64,000 nucleotides of DNA. It comes from Patescibacteria group bacterium. Lineage in GTDB: Bacteria; Patescibacteriota; Patescibacteriia; JAHIZJ01. A program made the translations under genes and the position numbers. The notes below the pieces were generated by a model. That model was not told where the DNA came from. It saw only the letters and a program-made list of their open reading frames with translations, and did not search any database. Position 1 is the stretch's first letter. The number at the start of each line of letters is the position of its first letter. Below, one piece after another: positions 48,873 through 59,002 of the stretch. Location of the stretch: assembly GCA_041661625.1 (NCBI GenBank), contig JBAZUB010000003.1, positions 69,004 through 133,003 on the forward strand. The letters are read 5' to 3'.

Positions 48873-48913
48873 TTTTACCCAAAGGTATCGTTTCATTGAT
48901 TCGATCAATAAAT

Positions 48914-49540
48914 ATGGACAATAGTATAAAAGCGGTTCATGTATATGACCGGATAGCTAACGCGTACGCCGACGTGTTTTCGGAACCTTCCGAAAATATC
49001 GATGAGTTTTTGGAACTTTTACCAACCAAAAGCAAGATTTTGGACGTCGGCTGCGGTAACGGAGTTGATTGTATTTACGTAAAAAACAAAGGTTATGACG
49101 TTGTCGGCGTCGATATGTCAGAAAAAATGCTTGATATCGCTAGAAGCAAATATCCTGAGATCGATTTTCGTCTGGGTGACATGAGAAAACTTGAGTTCGA
49201 CAAGAATGAATTCGATGGAATTATTGCAGCTTGTTCGCTGATTCACATACCTAAGCGGGACATTCCAAGTACATTGAATCAGTTTGCAGGATTTCTTAAA
49301 CATGGCGGCGCAGTATACATTCTGTTACAATCTGGAAAATCTGAAGAATTGTTCGTAAATGAACCTTTCAAACCCGATGAAAAGTTGTTTGTGAATGTCA
49401 TTTCGTCGGACGAAATCGAACGGTTGCTCCAAGACGCTGGTTTCGAGATAGTACATAAACACGAACGTAAATCTTTAATAGAGAAGGAGCTCGACTTTAT
49501 TCATTTGATCGTGATTGCTCGATATATAGGCGTCCATTAA
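48914..49540 (+). CDS. Class I SAM-dependent methyltransferase (paralog of 44063-44701)
   Basis: ILDVGCGNGVDC; aligns end to end with the cassette copy. Confidence 0.9.
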   Translation: MDNSIKAVHVYDRIANAYADVFSEPSENIDEFLELLPTKSKILDVGCGNGVDCIYVKNKGYDVVGVDMSEKMLDIARSKYPEIDFRLGDMRKLEFDKNEFDGIIAACSLIHIPKRDIPSTLNQFAGFLKHGGAVYILLQSGKSEELFVNEPFKPDEKLFVNVISSDEIERLLQDAGFEIVHKHERKSLIEKELDFIHLIVIARYIGVH

Positions 49541-49543
49541 CAT

Positions 49544-50134
49544 ATGAACCGTCCATTTGATTGTATTACCGACTTCATTTTTATTGAAAATCAACCTGCC
49601 AAGGCTGATATTATTCTAATTCCGGGTGGTTTACGGCCCCAGCTGATGGATAAAGCCGTGGAACTCTATCGGCAAGGTTTTGCCCCATACATACTTCCAT
49701 CAGGAGGGGCTGGCCCAAAACTTAGTCGAGAAATAGAGGCCGGAACCGCACATTGGAAAAGTGAGTGGGAGTTTTTACAAAATATTGCCCTGCAAAAAGG
49801 AGTTCCGGAAAAAATGGTGTTGAAGGAAGACAAAGCCTTGAACACCTACGACAATGCTAGACTGTCGTGGCGAGTCGTTCAGCAACAGAATATCGAGGTT
49901 AATAAAGCCATCCTCGTGTGCAAGGCATTTCACGCTCGACGCGCACTACTGACTTATCAAGCCGCTTTTTCTTCAAAAATCGAATATATTATTTGTCCGA
50001 TTATTGACGATCGTGATGTTCGACGGGACAATTGGTTCTTGGATGAAAAAAAGATTGAGCTAGTGATGGGTGAAATGGAAAAAATCGGGAAATATTTTGT
50101 GAAGCGTATTACCCAGTTAAATAATAACGCCTAA
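49544..50134 (+). CDS. YdcF/DUF218 family protein
   Basis: ILPSGG, EDKALNTYDNA, KAFHARRA. Confidence 0.85.
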   Translation: MNRPFDCITDFIFIENQPAKADIILIPGGLRPQLMDKAVELYRQGFAPYILPSGGAGPKLSREIEAGTAHWKSEWEFLQNIALQKGVPEKMVLKEDKALNTYDNARLSWRVVQQQNIEVNKAILVCKAFHARRALLTYQAAFSSKIEYIICPIIDDRDVRRDNWFLDEKKIELVMGEMEKIGKYFVKRITQLNNNA

Positions 50135-50145
50135 ACAATAAACCC

Positions 50146-50481
50146 ATGGATTGCCTCTTCTGTAAAATCATTGAAAAAAGTATTCCCGGTGAGATTGTCT
50201 ACGAGGACGATCAAGTGATCGCGTTCAAAGATATCCATCCCAAAGCGGATATCCACGTGCTGGTAATCCCGAAGCGGCACATTCAGTCGCTGGCTGGTTT
50301 GAGTGAGGCCGACGCGGCTTTGATCGGGCACTTAATTGTGGTAACGAGCCGGTTGGCGAAGGAATTGGGGATTGAATCGGGTTTCAAAGTAGCGGTAAAC
50401 AGCGGGCTTAAGGCTGGCCAGGAGGTGGACCATCTCCACATCCATTTGATGGGCGGGCGCTTCCATAGTCACTTGGCCTAA
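50146..50481 (+). CDS. HIT family nucleotide-binding protein
   Basis: DCLFCKI, HLHIHLMGG histidine triad. Confidence 0.93.
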   Translation: MDCLFCKIIEKSIPGEIVYEDDQVIAFKDIHPKADIHVLVIPKRHIQSLAGLSEADAALIGHLIVVTSRLAKELGIESGFKVAVNSGLKAGQEVDHLHIHLMGGRFHSHLA

Positions 50482-50555
50482 TTTGACGCACGTTGCCATC
50501 CGTGGTATATTCAACACGTTAGTATTTTTTAAATTATCTTATATTCACAAGGGAG

Positions 50556-50837
50556 GTGAATAGAGTGGTCGAAGTCCGCCGCAAGGATGGAGAATCTGGA
50601 GAAAGTCTGCTGCGCCGTTTTACTCGAAAGGTTCAACAAAGTGGCACATTGATTCGGGCCAAGAAAAGACGTTTTTACGAACCGCCCAAGAACAAACGGG
50701 CCGTGCGCGAAGATGCAATTCGCCGGAGTGTTATTCGGGGAAAGCGCGAATATCTCAAGAAAATAGGCAAATTGGACGATTGGATGGAACGTAAAGGTTA
50801 TCGAACATACAAGGGTTCAAAAAGATCAGGTTCTTAA
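50556..50837 (+). CDS. rpsU: 30S ribosomal protein S21
   Basis: ESLLRRFTRKVQQSG..KKRRFYE. Confidence 0.8.
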   Translation: MNRVVEVRRKDGESGESLLRRFTRKVQQSGTLIRAKKRRFYEPPKNKRAVREDAIRRSVIRGKREYLKKIGKLDDWMERKGYRTYKGSKRSGS

Positions 50838-50850
50838 AACATAGCTCGTT

Positions 50851-51306
50851 TTGATCCGAGAAAAAATTGAACAAAATTTGAAGTTAGCCCAGAAAAGCCA
50901 GGATGAGGCGACAGTTTCGACGCTGCGCCTGGTTTTGGCATCTATGAAGAATTTTCAGATCGAACAGCGGGGTCGCGATTTGACTGATGATGACATGATT
51001 ATGCTGTTGAAAAGGGAAGCCAAGAAGCGCACTGAAGCGATCGAGGCCTACACCAAAGGCGGCCGGGAAGAATTGCGCGCCAAAGAGGCTCACGAACTGC
51101 AAATTATTAGGGAATATTTACCGCCGGAAATGTCTGAAGAAGAGGTAAGTAAGGTCATCCAGGCGGTTATCGGTGATCTGGGTGTTACTGATCCCAGCCA
51201 ATTTGGCCGGGTAATGTCTGAGTCTATGAAACGCTTGGGTAACCAAGCTTCGGGCCAAATTGTTTCAGCGGTTGTCAAAAAGGCTCTCACTAAACCAAAA
51301 GACTAA
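50851..51306 (+). CDS. GatB/YqeY domain protein
   Basis: KKRTEAIEAY..GREEL..E..IIREYLP, FGRVM. Confidence 0.9.
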   Translation: MIREKIEQNLKLAQKSQDEATVSTLRLVLASMKNFQIEQRGRDLTDDDMIMLLKREAKKRTEAIEAYTKGGREELRAKEAHELQIIREYLPPEMSEEEVSKVIQAVIGDLGVTDPSQFGRVMSESMKRLGNQASGQIVSAVVKKALTKPKD

Positions 51307-51322
51307 GTAATCGAAAGCGCCA

Positions 51323-54300
51323 ATGGGAGGACCAATACCAAAAACTAACCAAAAATACTGGAGAGGCTTTGTGCTGGGAGCCGGCATCTGGTGTCTGCTG
51401 CTTTTGGCCGTTATTCTAGTCTGGCCGTACCGATTTGCCTGGGCGGCGACTTTTGACAGTAATACCGGTAGTGCTCTGGGCTTAGGTACGGTGCCGTTGG
51501 ACCAGGTAGTACGGAACATTATCCGCTGGGCGCTGGGATTTTTGGGTCTGATCGCGGTGATTATGGTCATTTATGGCGGCTTTTTGTGGATGACCGCGGC
51601 GGGCAATGAGCAGCGGATCGAAAAGGCCAAGAAGATTATCATGGGCGCGATCATTGGCCTGGTTATAATATTGTTGTCTTTCGCCATAGTGCAGTTTGTA
51701 TTTTTCGGTGTGACAAATTCTACCGGAAACGGAAATGACAATACTAACGGCGGCCCACCGCCGGATGGTGGTGATAGCGCTCAGTTCTATGTCCGGCTCG
51801 TCTCACCGCACGAGGATGAAGACAATGTTTCATTATGCCGCTTCGTTCAGGGCGTATTTAACCGCCAGATCAACCAATCGACTGGCGCACTGACACTGAC
51901 CCAGGTGGACAATGGCCAAGCAGTCGCGGGCGCCATCACCTACCAGGATGGCAATAAGATAAAACTGGACCCGAGCGCCGATCTGGCTCCGCAAAAACAA
52001 TACCGCGCTTTAATACCCGACACAGTCGAGGATTCATCCGGCAATCAGCTGGATCAGCAGAAAGAGTGGTATTTTACGACCGGTTCCGAGTCGGATAATG
52101 AGCCGCCGCGGGTATTTGATACCTGGCCCGATACGGGCGCGACGGATATCTGCCTGTCCACGCCGATTGTGGTCGAGTTTAATGAACCGATGGATCTGTC
52201 TACTCTGATTGTGGCCAATGTCACGGTCGCCGGTCCCGGCAACCCGCAGGTCAGGTCGGTGGATATTCCCAACGATCGCACAATGGCGATCACATTGAAT
52301 TCGCCCTTGGAACCCAACCAGGATTACACGGTGACTTTAAACGGCGCGCCGGGGCATATTGCCGATGCCTGCGGTAATCCACTGGACGGTAATGGCGACG
52401 GTACGGGCGGTGATAATTATGACTGGTCATTTACGACCGGCATTGGCGCTGATTGCGCCCCCAAGATCAACTCGATCAGCGGATCGGGCTACTATGAGAC
52501 CGACGTGACGATCGAGGGCACGAATTTTACCAGCATTCCCACCACGACGGTGTTTAATAACGACGCTACGGCTTTTAATAACTGTTTCAATGCCAGCTAT
52601 ATTCCTAACGCGGTTTGTGTCAAAGAGTGGACTAATACGCGTATTAAAGTCACCCTACCGGCCAGCGGCGGCGCCAGCAACGGCGCCATCGACGGTCTGG
52701 TTAAGGTTAGGGTAGGTGCGCTGGAAAGCAACGGCAAGGATTTTGACGTCAAGGCGCCGCACGTCAGCCAGGTCAACCCGGCCAGCGGCGGACCGGGGCA
52801 ATTCGTCACCATCACGGGAACAAATTTCGGCAGCAGCGCCGGCCGGGTGCTATTCCGCAAGACCGGTGATCCGGATATCGAGGGTGATCGGCCATCCTGC
52901 TCGTCTTGGTGGCAAAATGATCAGATTATTGTCAAAGTACCGGAAGGTTTCAGCCTCAATGACGTTACACAAATACAGATTGATACTTCGGGCAACCGCC
53001 GTTCCAATCTGGAAGATTTTCAAATAACGAACCAAGTTGGGCCGGGATTATGTTCGATCACCCCGGCTTGCGGTGGTGCGGATACTGATGTCACATTAAT
53101 CGGCGAGGCATTAGGCGGCGCCGGCCAGCTGAAATTCGACGGTACAACGGCTGACACCACGGTCTGGACCGAAGGCCAGATCAAGGGCAAGGTACCGGAT
53201 ATCGCCGACAGCGTAAATCCTTATTCGGTCACCGCGACTGTCGGCGGACTGGTCAGCAATGGGCTGCCATTCCACAAACCCTGTGGAACCGGCGATGATG
53301 GCGAACACCGCGCCTGCGCTGGCGCTACTTGTATCACCGCTTCCGGTGAGGCGCCCGATGAATGCGCTAACGACTCGCAATGTACCGGCACAAACACTCA
53401 CTCAGAATGCGCCGGCGCGATGTGCAACGTAGTTGATGGCGCGGGCGCCAATCAATGCGACACACCCGATGACTGTGATGGCGAACACCGGGCTTGTGCC
53501 GGTACCAGCTGTATAACCGTTTCGGGCGAAGCGGCCGACGAATGTACCGACGATTCGCAATGTACAGACGCGAATACCCACTCGGAATGCGCCGGCGCGA
53601 TGTGCAACGTAGTTGATGGCGCGGGCGCCAATCAATGCGACACACCCGATGACTGTGATGGCGAACACCGGGCTTGTGCCGGCACAACCTGTATTACCGC
53701 CTCAGGCGAAGCCCCAGACGAGTGTTCCAATGATTCCCAGTGCACCGACGCGAATACCCACTCGGAATGCGCCGGCGCGATGTGCAACGTAGTTGATGGC
53801 GCGGGCGCCAATCAGTGTGCCGTGCCGGATGACTGTGCCGGATCGGGTACGGACTGCGACTCCGACCCTGCTACGCCGGCTTGCCAGCCAGGCGCCTGCC
53901 CTGTGGGAGAAACTTGCCGCGATACAGATTGCCGTTGTTGGGTATTGCCCTCCTATGCCTGCAGTACTACCCAGTGGAGCTGCACGCCCAATCCGGCGGG
54001 TTGCGCTGCTACGCAAGGATGTTTGAATGATTGTTCTTGCGCCGACAGGCCAACGTTGACGAGCAGCATTCCTGCGAATCTCAGTGTCGACATATGTCGC
54101 AATGTTCAGTTCAGCTGGACTTTTTCGGAGACAATGAGCGGTTCTTCGGCTGACAATGATGCTATTCAGCTAACGATCGATGGCGGAGCCGCGGCAGGTG
54201 CTGCATGCAGCGTGGACAAAGATTGCGCATCGGATAATTGCAGCAGCAATCTCTGTGTCGGCAGCGTAGTCAGGGGTAGCTACTCCCAGCCATCCGATAA

Positions 54301-55837
54301 GCACAACATCTATGGAAACTTTGGCTTACTGGAGGCTGACACGGATTATCGAACCAAACTGCTGGGTTTGGCCAACGGTGTTTTGAGCACCGACGGTTTG
54401 GGTATGACCAGCGATGTCGAGTATACGTTCAAAACCTCCACCGCGATTTGTGATGTCAATCAAGTTAGGGTCGATCCGAGCAGTTGGCAATTTGTCCAGC
54501 GGGATGCCTCGAGGATGTTTACCGCTTCGGCTTACCATGGCGACCAGATGATCCTGTCCATTCCCGGTGTGTATGAATACAATTGGACTTGGTCAACGGA
54601 TGACGCCACGATTATAGTTGTCGGTCCGATCAATGTTGCGGCGACGGTGGGAACCATCCAAAACAAGAACGGCAGCACCCGAATCAACGCCAAGGCTTCC
54701 GTGACTACCCCCGGCAAGGAAAAGGAGGTTACCGGCCGGGCGGAAATACGGGTCAATATGTGCGAACACCCCTGGCCCGATCCGGGTGCCGGATTATTCG
54801 TGCCATTTACCGATGCTGACACGCACTTTTCTTTCTGGTACTGCACTGACGATGGATTGCCGATGATTACAAATGTTACCAATGGATCCAGCGGTGCTGA
54901 CCTAATCAAGGAATATTTCTTTAATGGTTTGCATGTCTGTGAGGGCGCGGCCAAAGCCTGCACGGTAGACGCGGATTGTGACGGCATGGCCTGCACGGTG
55001 CTGCCGGATGCGGTTGGCGTACGTGTAATGACGAACCCGAATAGTCAATCACCCAAACTTTGGTATGAAAAAAGATTACCCAATGAGCCGATCCCCAGCG
55101 GCGCCGAGCGGACCATTGATGGTTTTCAGTCCATTCGAGTCGGTCGGACTAGCTATGTCGATGCGGCTAATTCCTACTTTGATGGTGCCTGGCATACTTA
55201 TACCAATATTTATCTACTGTCCTTCAGTGAGAATTCGAAATCTGTAACCCAGGAGGTAGCCAACGCATTGATCGGGAACTGGAAATTTGTCACCAATGCG
55301 GGTGTTGATTTTGGCGATTTTGCCAAACCCTGGCTGATACGTGACACCAAGCGGTTGGCCGACTTAGCCGATATTGAGCACTATCTGGACGATTATCGGG
55401 CTACCAGTAGCACCTATCCCAATCTGCAAGCCGGCAGCTATCTAACACGACGGTCCACTAGCGCCTGGCCATCATGGCAAGCTTCCTTGGGTAACGCATT
55501 GGGCAAGGGATTGCCCACTGACCCGTTGAACTTGTTTTTGTACGGCTCCGGCCCGGGTACGTGTGAGGTGCCGCCGTATGATCACGATACCTGTTGGTGG
55601 GGCAATAAGACTCTGTACCCGACTGACGGTGGCCGGTTCACCTGCCAGGCCAACTCGCATGTTTATATGTACAATTTCGTTCCCGATCCGGCCGACCCCG
55701 CGCTCGATAAGTCCTATTTGTACACGATGCTAGAATATCCGCAATGGGGTGCGCTGGCACCAGCTAATCCATGTGCCGGTTTAGCCGATGGCTCTAGTTG
55801 CGCTTGCTTTAATTACACCAGAGAAGTCACACCATAA
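51323..55837 (+). CDS. Giant surface protein: VirB2/TrbC-like pilin N-terminus, Ig-like and IPT/TIG domains, Cys-rich repeats
   Basis: IIRWALGFLGLIAVIMVIYGGFLWMTAAGNEQRIEKAKK; VEFNEPMD Ig-like; VTITGTNFG IPT. Confidence 0.85.
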   Translation: MGGPIPKTNQKYWRGFVLGAGIWCLLLLAVILVWPYRFAWAATFDSNTGSALGLGTVPLDQVVRNIIRWALGFLGLIAVIMVIYGGFLWMTAAGNEQRIEKAKKIIMGAIIGLVIILLSFAIVQFVFFGVTNSTGNGNDNTNGGPPPDGGDSAQFYVRLVSPHEDEDNVSLCRFVQGVFNRQINQSTGALTLTQVDNGQAVAGAITYQDGNKIKLDPSADLAPQKQYRALIPDTVEDSSGNQLDQQKEWYFTTGSESDNEPPRVFDTWPDTGATDICLSTPIVVEFNEPMDLSTLIVANVTVAGPGNPQVRSVDIPNDRTMAITLNSPLEPNQDYTVTLNGAPGHIADACGNPLDGNGDGTGGDNYDWSFTTGIGADCAPKINSISGSGYYETDVTIEGTNFTSIPTTTVFNNDATAFNNCFNASYIPNAVCVKEWTNTRIKVTLPASGGASNGAIDGLVKVRVGALESNGKDFDVKAPHVSQVNPASGGPGQFVTITGTNFGSSAGRVLFRKTGDPDIEGDRPSCSSWWQNDQIIVKVPEGFSLNDVTQIQIDTSGNRRSNLEDFQITNQVGPGLCSITPACGGADTDVTLIGEALGGAGQLKFDGTTADTTVWTEGQIKGKVPDIADSVNPYSVTATVGGLVSNGLPFHKPCGTGDDGEHRACAGATCITASGEAPDECANDSQCTGTNTHSECAGAMCNVVDGAGANQCDTPDDCDGEHRACAGTSCITVSGEAADECTDDSQCTDANTHSECAGAMCNVVDGAGANQCDTPDDCDGEHRACAGTTCITASGEAPDECSNDSQCTDANTHSECAGAMCNVVDGAGANQCAVPDDCAGSGTDCDSDPATPACQPGACPVGETCRDTDCRCWVLPSYACSTTQWSCTPNPAGCAATQGCLNDCSCADRPTLTSSIPANLSVDICRNVQFSWTFSETMSGSSADNDAIQLTIDGGAAAGAACSVDKDCASDNCSSNLCVGSVVRGSYSQPSDKHNIYGNFGLLEADTDYRTKLLGLANGVLSTDGLGMTSDVEYTFKTSTAICDVNQVRVDPSSWQFVQRDASRMFTASAYHGDQMILSIPGVYEYNWTWSTDDATIIVVGPINVAATVGTIQNKNGSTRINAKASVTTPGKEKEVTGRAEIRVNMCEHPWPDPGAGLFVPFTDADTHFSFWYCTDDGLPMITNVTNGSSGADLIKEYFFNGLHVCEGAAKACTVDADCDGMACTVLPDAVGVRVMTNPNSQSPKLWYEKRLPNEPIPSGAERTIDGFQSIRVGRTSYVDAANSYFDGAWHTYTNIYLLSFSENSKSVTQEVANALIGNWKFVTNAGVDFGDFAKPWLIRDTKRLADLADIEHYLDDYRATSSTYPNLQAGSYLTRRSTSAWPSWQASLGNALGKGLPTDPLNLFLYGSGPGTCEVPPYDHDTCWWGNKTLYPTDGGRFTCQANSHVYMYNFVPDPADPALDKSYLYTMLEYPQWGALAPANPCAGLADGSSCACFNYTREVTP
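53297..53836 (+). repeat. Three tandem 180-bp (60-aa) Cys-rich coding repeats
   Basis: DGEHRACAG.TCIT.SGEA.DEC..DSQCT..NTHSECAGAMCNVVDGAGANQC units start at 53297, 53477 and 53657. Confidence 0.9.
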
Positions 55838-55839
55838 TT

Positions 55840-56472
55840 ATGCCAAACTCAACCAACCAGCCCAGTAGCGCGGAAGATATTTTTGCCCCAACCGATCCAG
55901 CCGGCACTCGAACTCCGTCCGTGCGTCCAACTCGGCGTCCGGCAGCACCTTATCATGACAGCCCCCTGCCACCGGTGCGCTCTGGTGGCTCTCGTAATCG
56001 CACCATATACCTAACAATAATCGTGATCGTGGTAGTATTGGTTGTCGGCAGCATAGCGGGGTTGGCTTGGTGGAAAAATCGTTCCCAGACCAGCGCTAAC
56101 GCCAGCAACCGAAACACCAATCAGCTAGTAAATCAGAATGCCAACTCTTCCATTGTTAATGTATCCAATCAGAACGCTAACGCAACAATCATCCCCAATG
56201 TCAATGAGTCGACCAATGCTCCTGCCGACAGTGATCGCGATGGATTGTCGGATACGGAAGAGGCCAGTCTTGGCACAAATCCGCAATTGAGCGATACTGA
56301 TGGTGATGGCTTATCGGATCTTCGCGAAGTCAGGATCTATCATTCAGATCCTCTGGTATCAGATTCCGATGGCAACGGCGTTTCGGATGGCGACGAAGTA
56401 TCAGCAGGTGATAATCCCACCGGCAGCGGCTCACTTTTTGATATTAGCAATAAGACCATAAATTCAAACTAA
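55840..56472 (+). CDS. Membrane-anchored protein with Ca-binding thrombospondin type 3-like repeats
   Basis: DSDRDGLSDTEE, DTDGDGLSD, DSDGNGVSDGDE. Confidence 0.8.
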   Translation: MPNSTNQPSSAEDIFAPTDPAGTRTPSVRPTRRPAAPYHDSPLPPVRSGGSRNRTIYLTIIVIVVVLVVGSIAGLAWWKNRSQTSANASNRNTNQLVNQNANSSIVNVSNQNANATIIPNVNESTNAPADSDRDGLSDTEEASLGTNPQLSDTDGDGLSDLREVRIYHSDPLVSDSDGNGVSDGDEVSAGDNPTGSGSLFDISNKTINSN

Positions 56473-58132
56473 TGCCCGACCAGTCACCATATACGATGTC
56501 CAACAACCCAGCCCAGGGCATCAATAATACCGTCCCCGAAAATCCCACCGAGATTCGCGTGATGCCGGAACGGTTTTTAGCGCGCGGCGAGGCCAAAGGA
56601 TCGAGTCGCATGCGTTGGTGGATATATGTCGTTATTTTGATTGTTGTCGCCGGTTTGATCGGCGCGGGTATATTGTTGTTGAATCGCATAGTGGTGAATA
56701 ATAATACGGCACCGTATCGAATCTGAATAACGCGGCTATTAACCAGAACAATAACGGCAACACGAACCTCAATACCAATAATTCTAATAACAATACCAAT
56801 TCTGTAGTGACGATAAAGGAATTGTCCGATACACTGCTGAACAAGGCCGACCTAGGAGAGGGTTATGAAGCCTACCAAGAACTGAAAATCACTACCGACA
56901 CTGGCAGTATTGCTGGCGTAGCTTTGTCGCGCGCCCAACGCATTTTTACGCTTGAGGATACGAAATCTAACAGCGTCAGTATTACCATAAAAGTTATGGA
57001 AGCCCCCTCAAAAACGGATGCAAACGCCGTATTTCAATCGGAAAATAGTGAACTGAAGCGTTCAGTTGGCAACCAGGAAGGCCGGTTTGTAAAAGCTTCC
57101 ACAGTCGGCGATCAATCACTGCTGTATGAACAAACCGACGGTAATAAAATCGAAACCATCTTTAGCTGGAAATATCTAATAGCCGATATCTCGATTGATG
57201 TATTCAAAGGCTCGGCACCATCGACTGAAGATGTGAAATCTTGGTTGGCGCGGCTACTTCAAAACTTTAAGGCCTATGATAGCACTAAGCCGGTTACCAA
57301 TACTAACGAAAACGATAACGCAAATATTAACGCGAACACCAACACTAATATAAATCAAAACGCGAACGGGAATATCAGCGCTCCACCACCGACCAGCAGC
57401 GCCGATCAGGATCAGGATAGCTTGACCGACACGGAGGAGCTGCTTTACAAAACCGATGTAGCTAAGCCGGATACCGACGGTGACAGTTATCTGGATGGTC
57501 CCGAAGTGGCCACTGGCTACAGTCCGATCGCAGCCTCAGGCGCGAAATTGGAGGCGTCTGGTTTGGTAAAAGTATTTTCCAGTCAAATCTACAATTATCG
57601 AATCCTGTATCCTTCGCCCTGGATAGTACAGAACGCTGTCGCCGATGGATCTAGCGTGGTCATGACTTCGGATACCGGTGAGTTTGTCAGCGTAACAATC
57701 GGTGAAAATTCGGAACGTTTGTCAGCTAAGCAGTGGTACATGAATCAAGCTCCTGGAATTGATGAGTCCAAAATTACTAGTGTCGTTGTCGGAGAGCTGA
57801 CGGGCGTGAAAAGTTCCGACGAATTGAATGTGTATTTAAGCAATGATACCGCCATATATATTATAACTTATAGTCTGGCCAACCACGAAACCGCTAATTT
57901 TCTGACTACCTTTGAAATGATGGTGCGCAGTTTCCGGGTAACCGGCTCACCACCGTCAATCAACGGTAATACCAACGCTAATACTAATACAAACACCAAC
58001 TCGAACGTTAATGCTGGCATCAACGTCAACAATAATGTCAATGTGAATACCAATACTCCAGATGGCACCTCTAGGGCGCCGAGCGGAACAGCCATACCGG
58101 CACCGATATTAAACACCGAACTTGGCATCTAA
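56472..58132 (+). pseudogene. Frameshifted membrane-anchored Asn-rich/TSP3-repeat protein (split into ORFs 56472-56726 and 56807-58132)
   Basis: After the TM, AAT AAT ACG GCA CCG.. lacks one base; the shifted frame continues as Asn-rich TVSNLNNAAINQNN into the second ORF. Confidence 0.65.
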
Positions 58133-58577
58133 TAAAAAAACGCAGCCAGCGATCAGCCTATCCGGTATTGCTGGCGGTTGCACGTCAGTAGAGCGGGTTA
58201 CGGTCAACCGGATTATCCGATCCGCCAATCAACTATGGCAGCGGACTCCCGCCGCCGAAGTAACAGCGAATTTTGTCAGCGCTCCGGTTATTCAGCAATT
58301 GAATCGGCAATACCGCCGGGTCAACCGACCGACTACCACGCTGTCCTTCGTCTACCAGGGGAGTGGCAGCCAGCGTGATCCCTGGATCGGTGAAATAATG
58401 TTTTGTCGCCGAGCCATTAAACAATGGGCAGAAGATTCAGGTAAAACCTACCTGATAGCCCTGGCTGATTTGACTGCTCACAGTTTGCTCCACATATTGG
58501 GCTATCACCACCAGAACGATACCCAGGAACGGACCATGGAGCGTTGGGCCAAAAGAATAACCAAATCAATAACATGA
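58122..58577 (+). CDS. ybeY: rRNA maturation RNase YbeY
   Basis: LNRQYRRVNRPTTTLSF, HSLLHILGYHH. Confidence 0.85.
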   Translation: MASNKKTQPAISLSGIAGGCTSVERVTVNRIIRSANQLWQRTPAAEVTANFVSAPVIQQLNRQYRRVNRPTTTLSFVYQGSGSQRDPWIGEIMFCRRAIKQWAEDSGKTYLIALADLTAHSLLHILGYHHQNDTQERTMERWAKRITKSIT

Positions 58578-58930
58578 TCGAGAAGATCAGGCAAACAATC
58601 CGCAGTTTTCAATATGCCGCCCGTGGCCTGTGGTATGTTATTCGGCGGGAGCGCACTTTTCAAATCCATATTATTGCCACCCTTGTGGTGGTGGCCCTGA
58701 GTGTTGTCTACCCGCTGAAAACTTGGGAGATTATTATATTAATCATAATGATCGTGCTGGTGCTGGTGCTGGAAATTGCCAATACGGCGGTGGAAAAGAT
58801 TATTGACGCCCTCAAGCCGAGATTGCATTTCTACGTCCAAGTAGCCAAGGACCTGATGGCGGCAGCCGTACTGGTAGCGGCAATTGGCGCGATTATTATC
58901 GCACTATTGATATTTTGGCCATATTTTTAA
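58574..58930 (+). CDS. dgkA: Diacylglycerol/undecaprenol kinase family protein
   Basis: SFQYAARGL, EIANTAVEKIID, AKDLMAAAV. Confidence 0.85.
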   Translation: MIEKIRQTIRSFQYAARGLWYVIRRERTFQIHIIATLVVVALSVVYPLKTWEIIILIIMIVLVLVLEIANTAVEKIIDALKPRLHFYVQVAKDLMAAAVLVAAIGAIIIALLIFWPYF

Positions 58931-59002
58931 ACTAGCTAGTTGTCTCATCGGTAAAAATATATTATAATAACTTTACTAAGATAGTCTAAAACAGTTCCGC
59001 GT

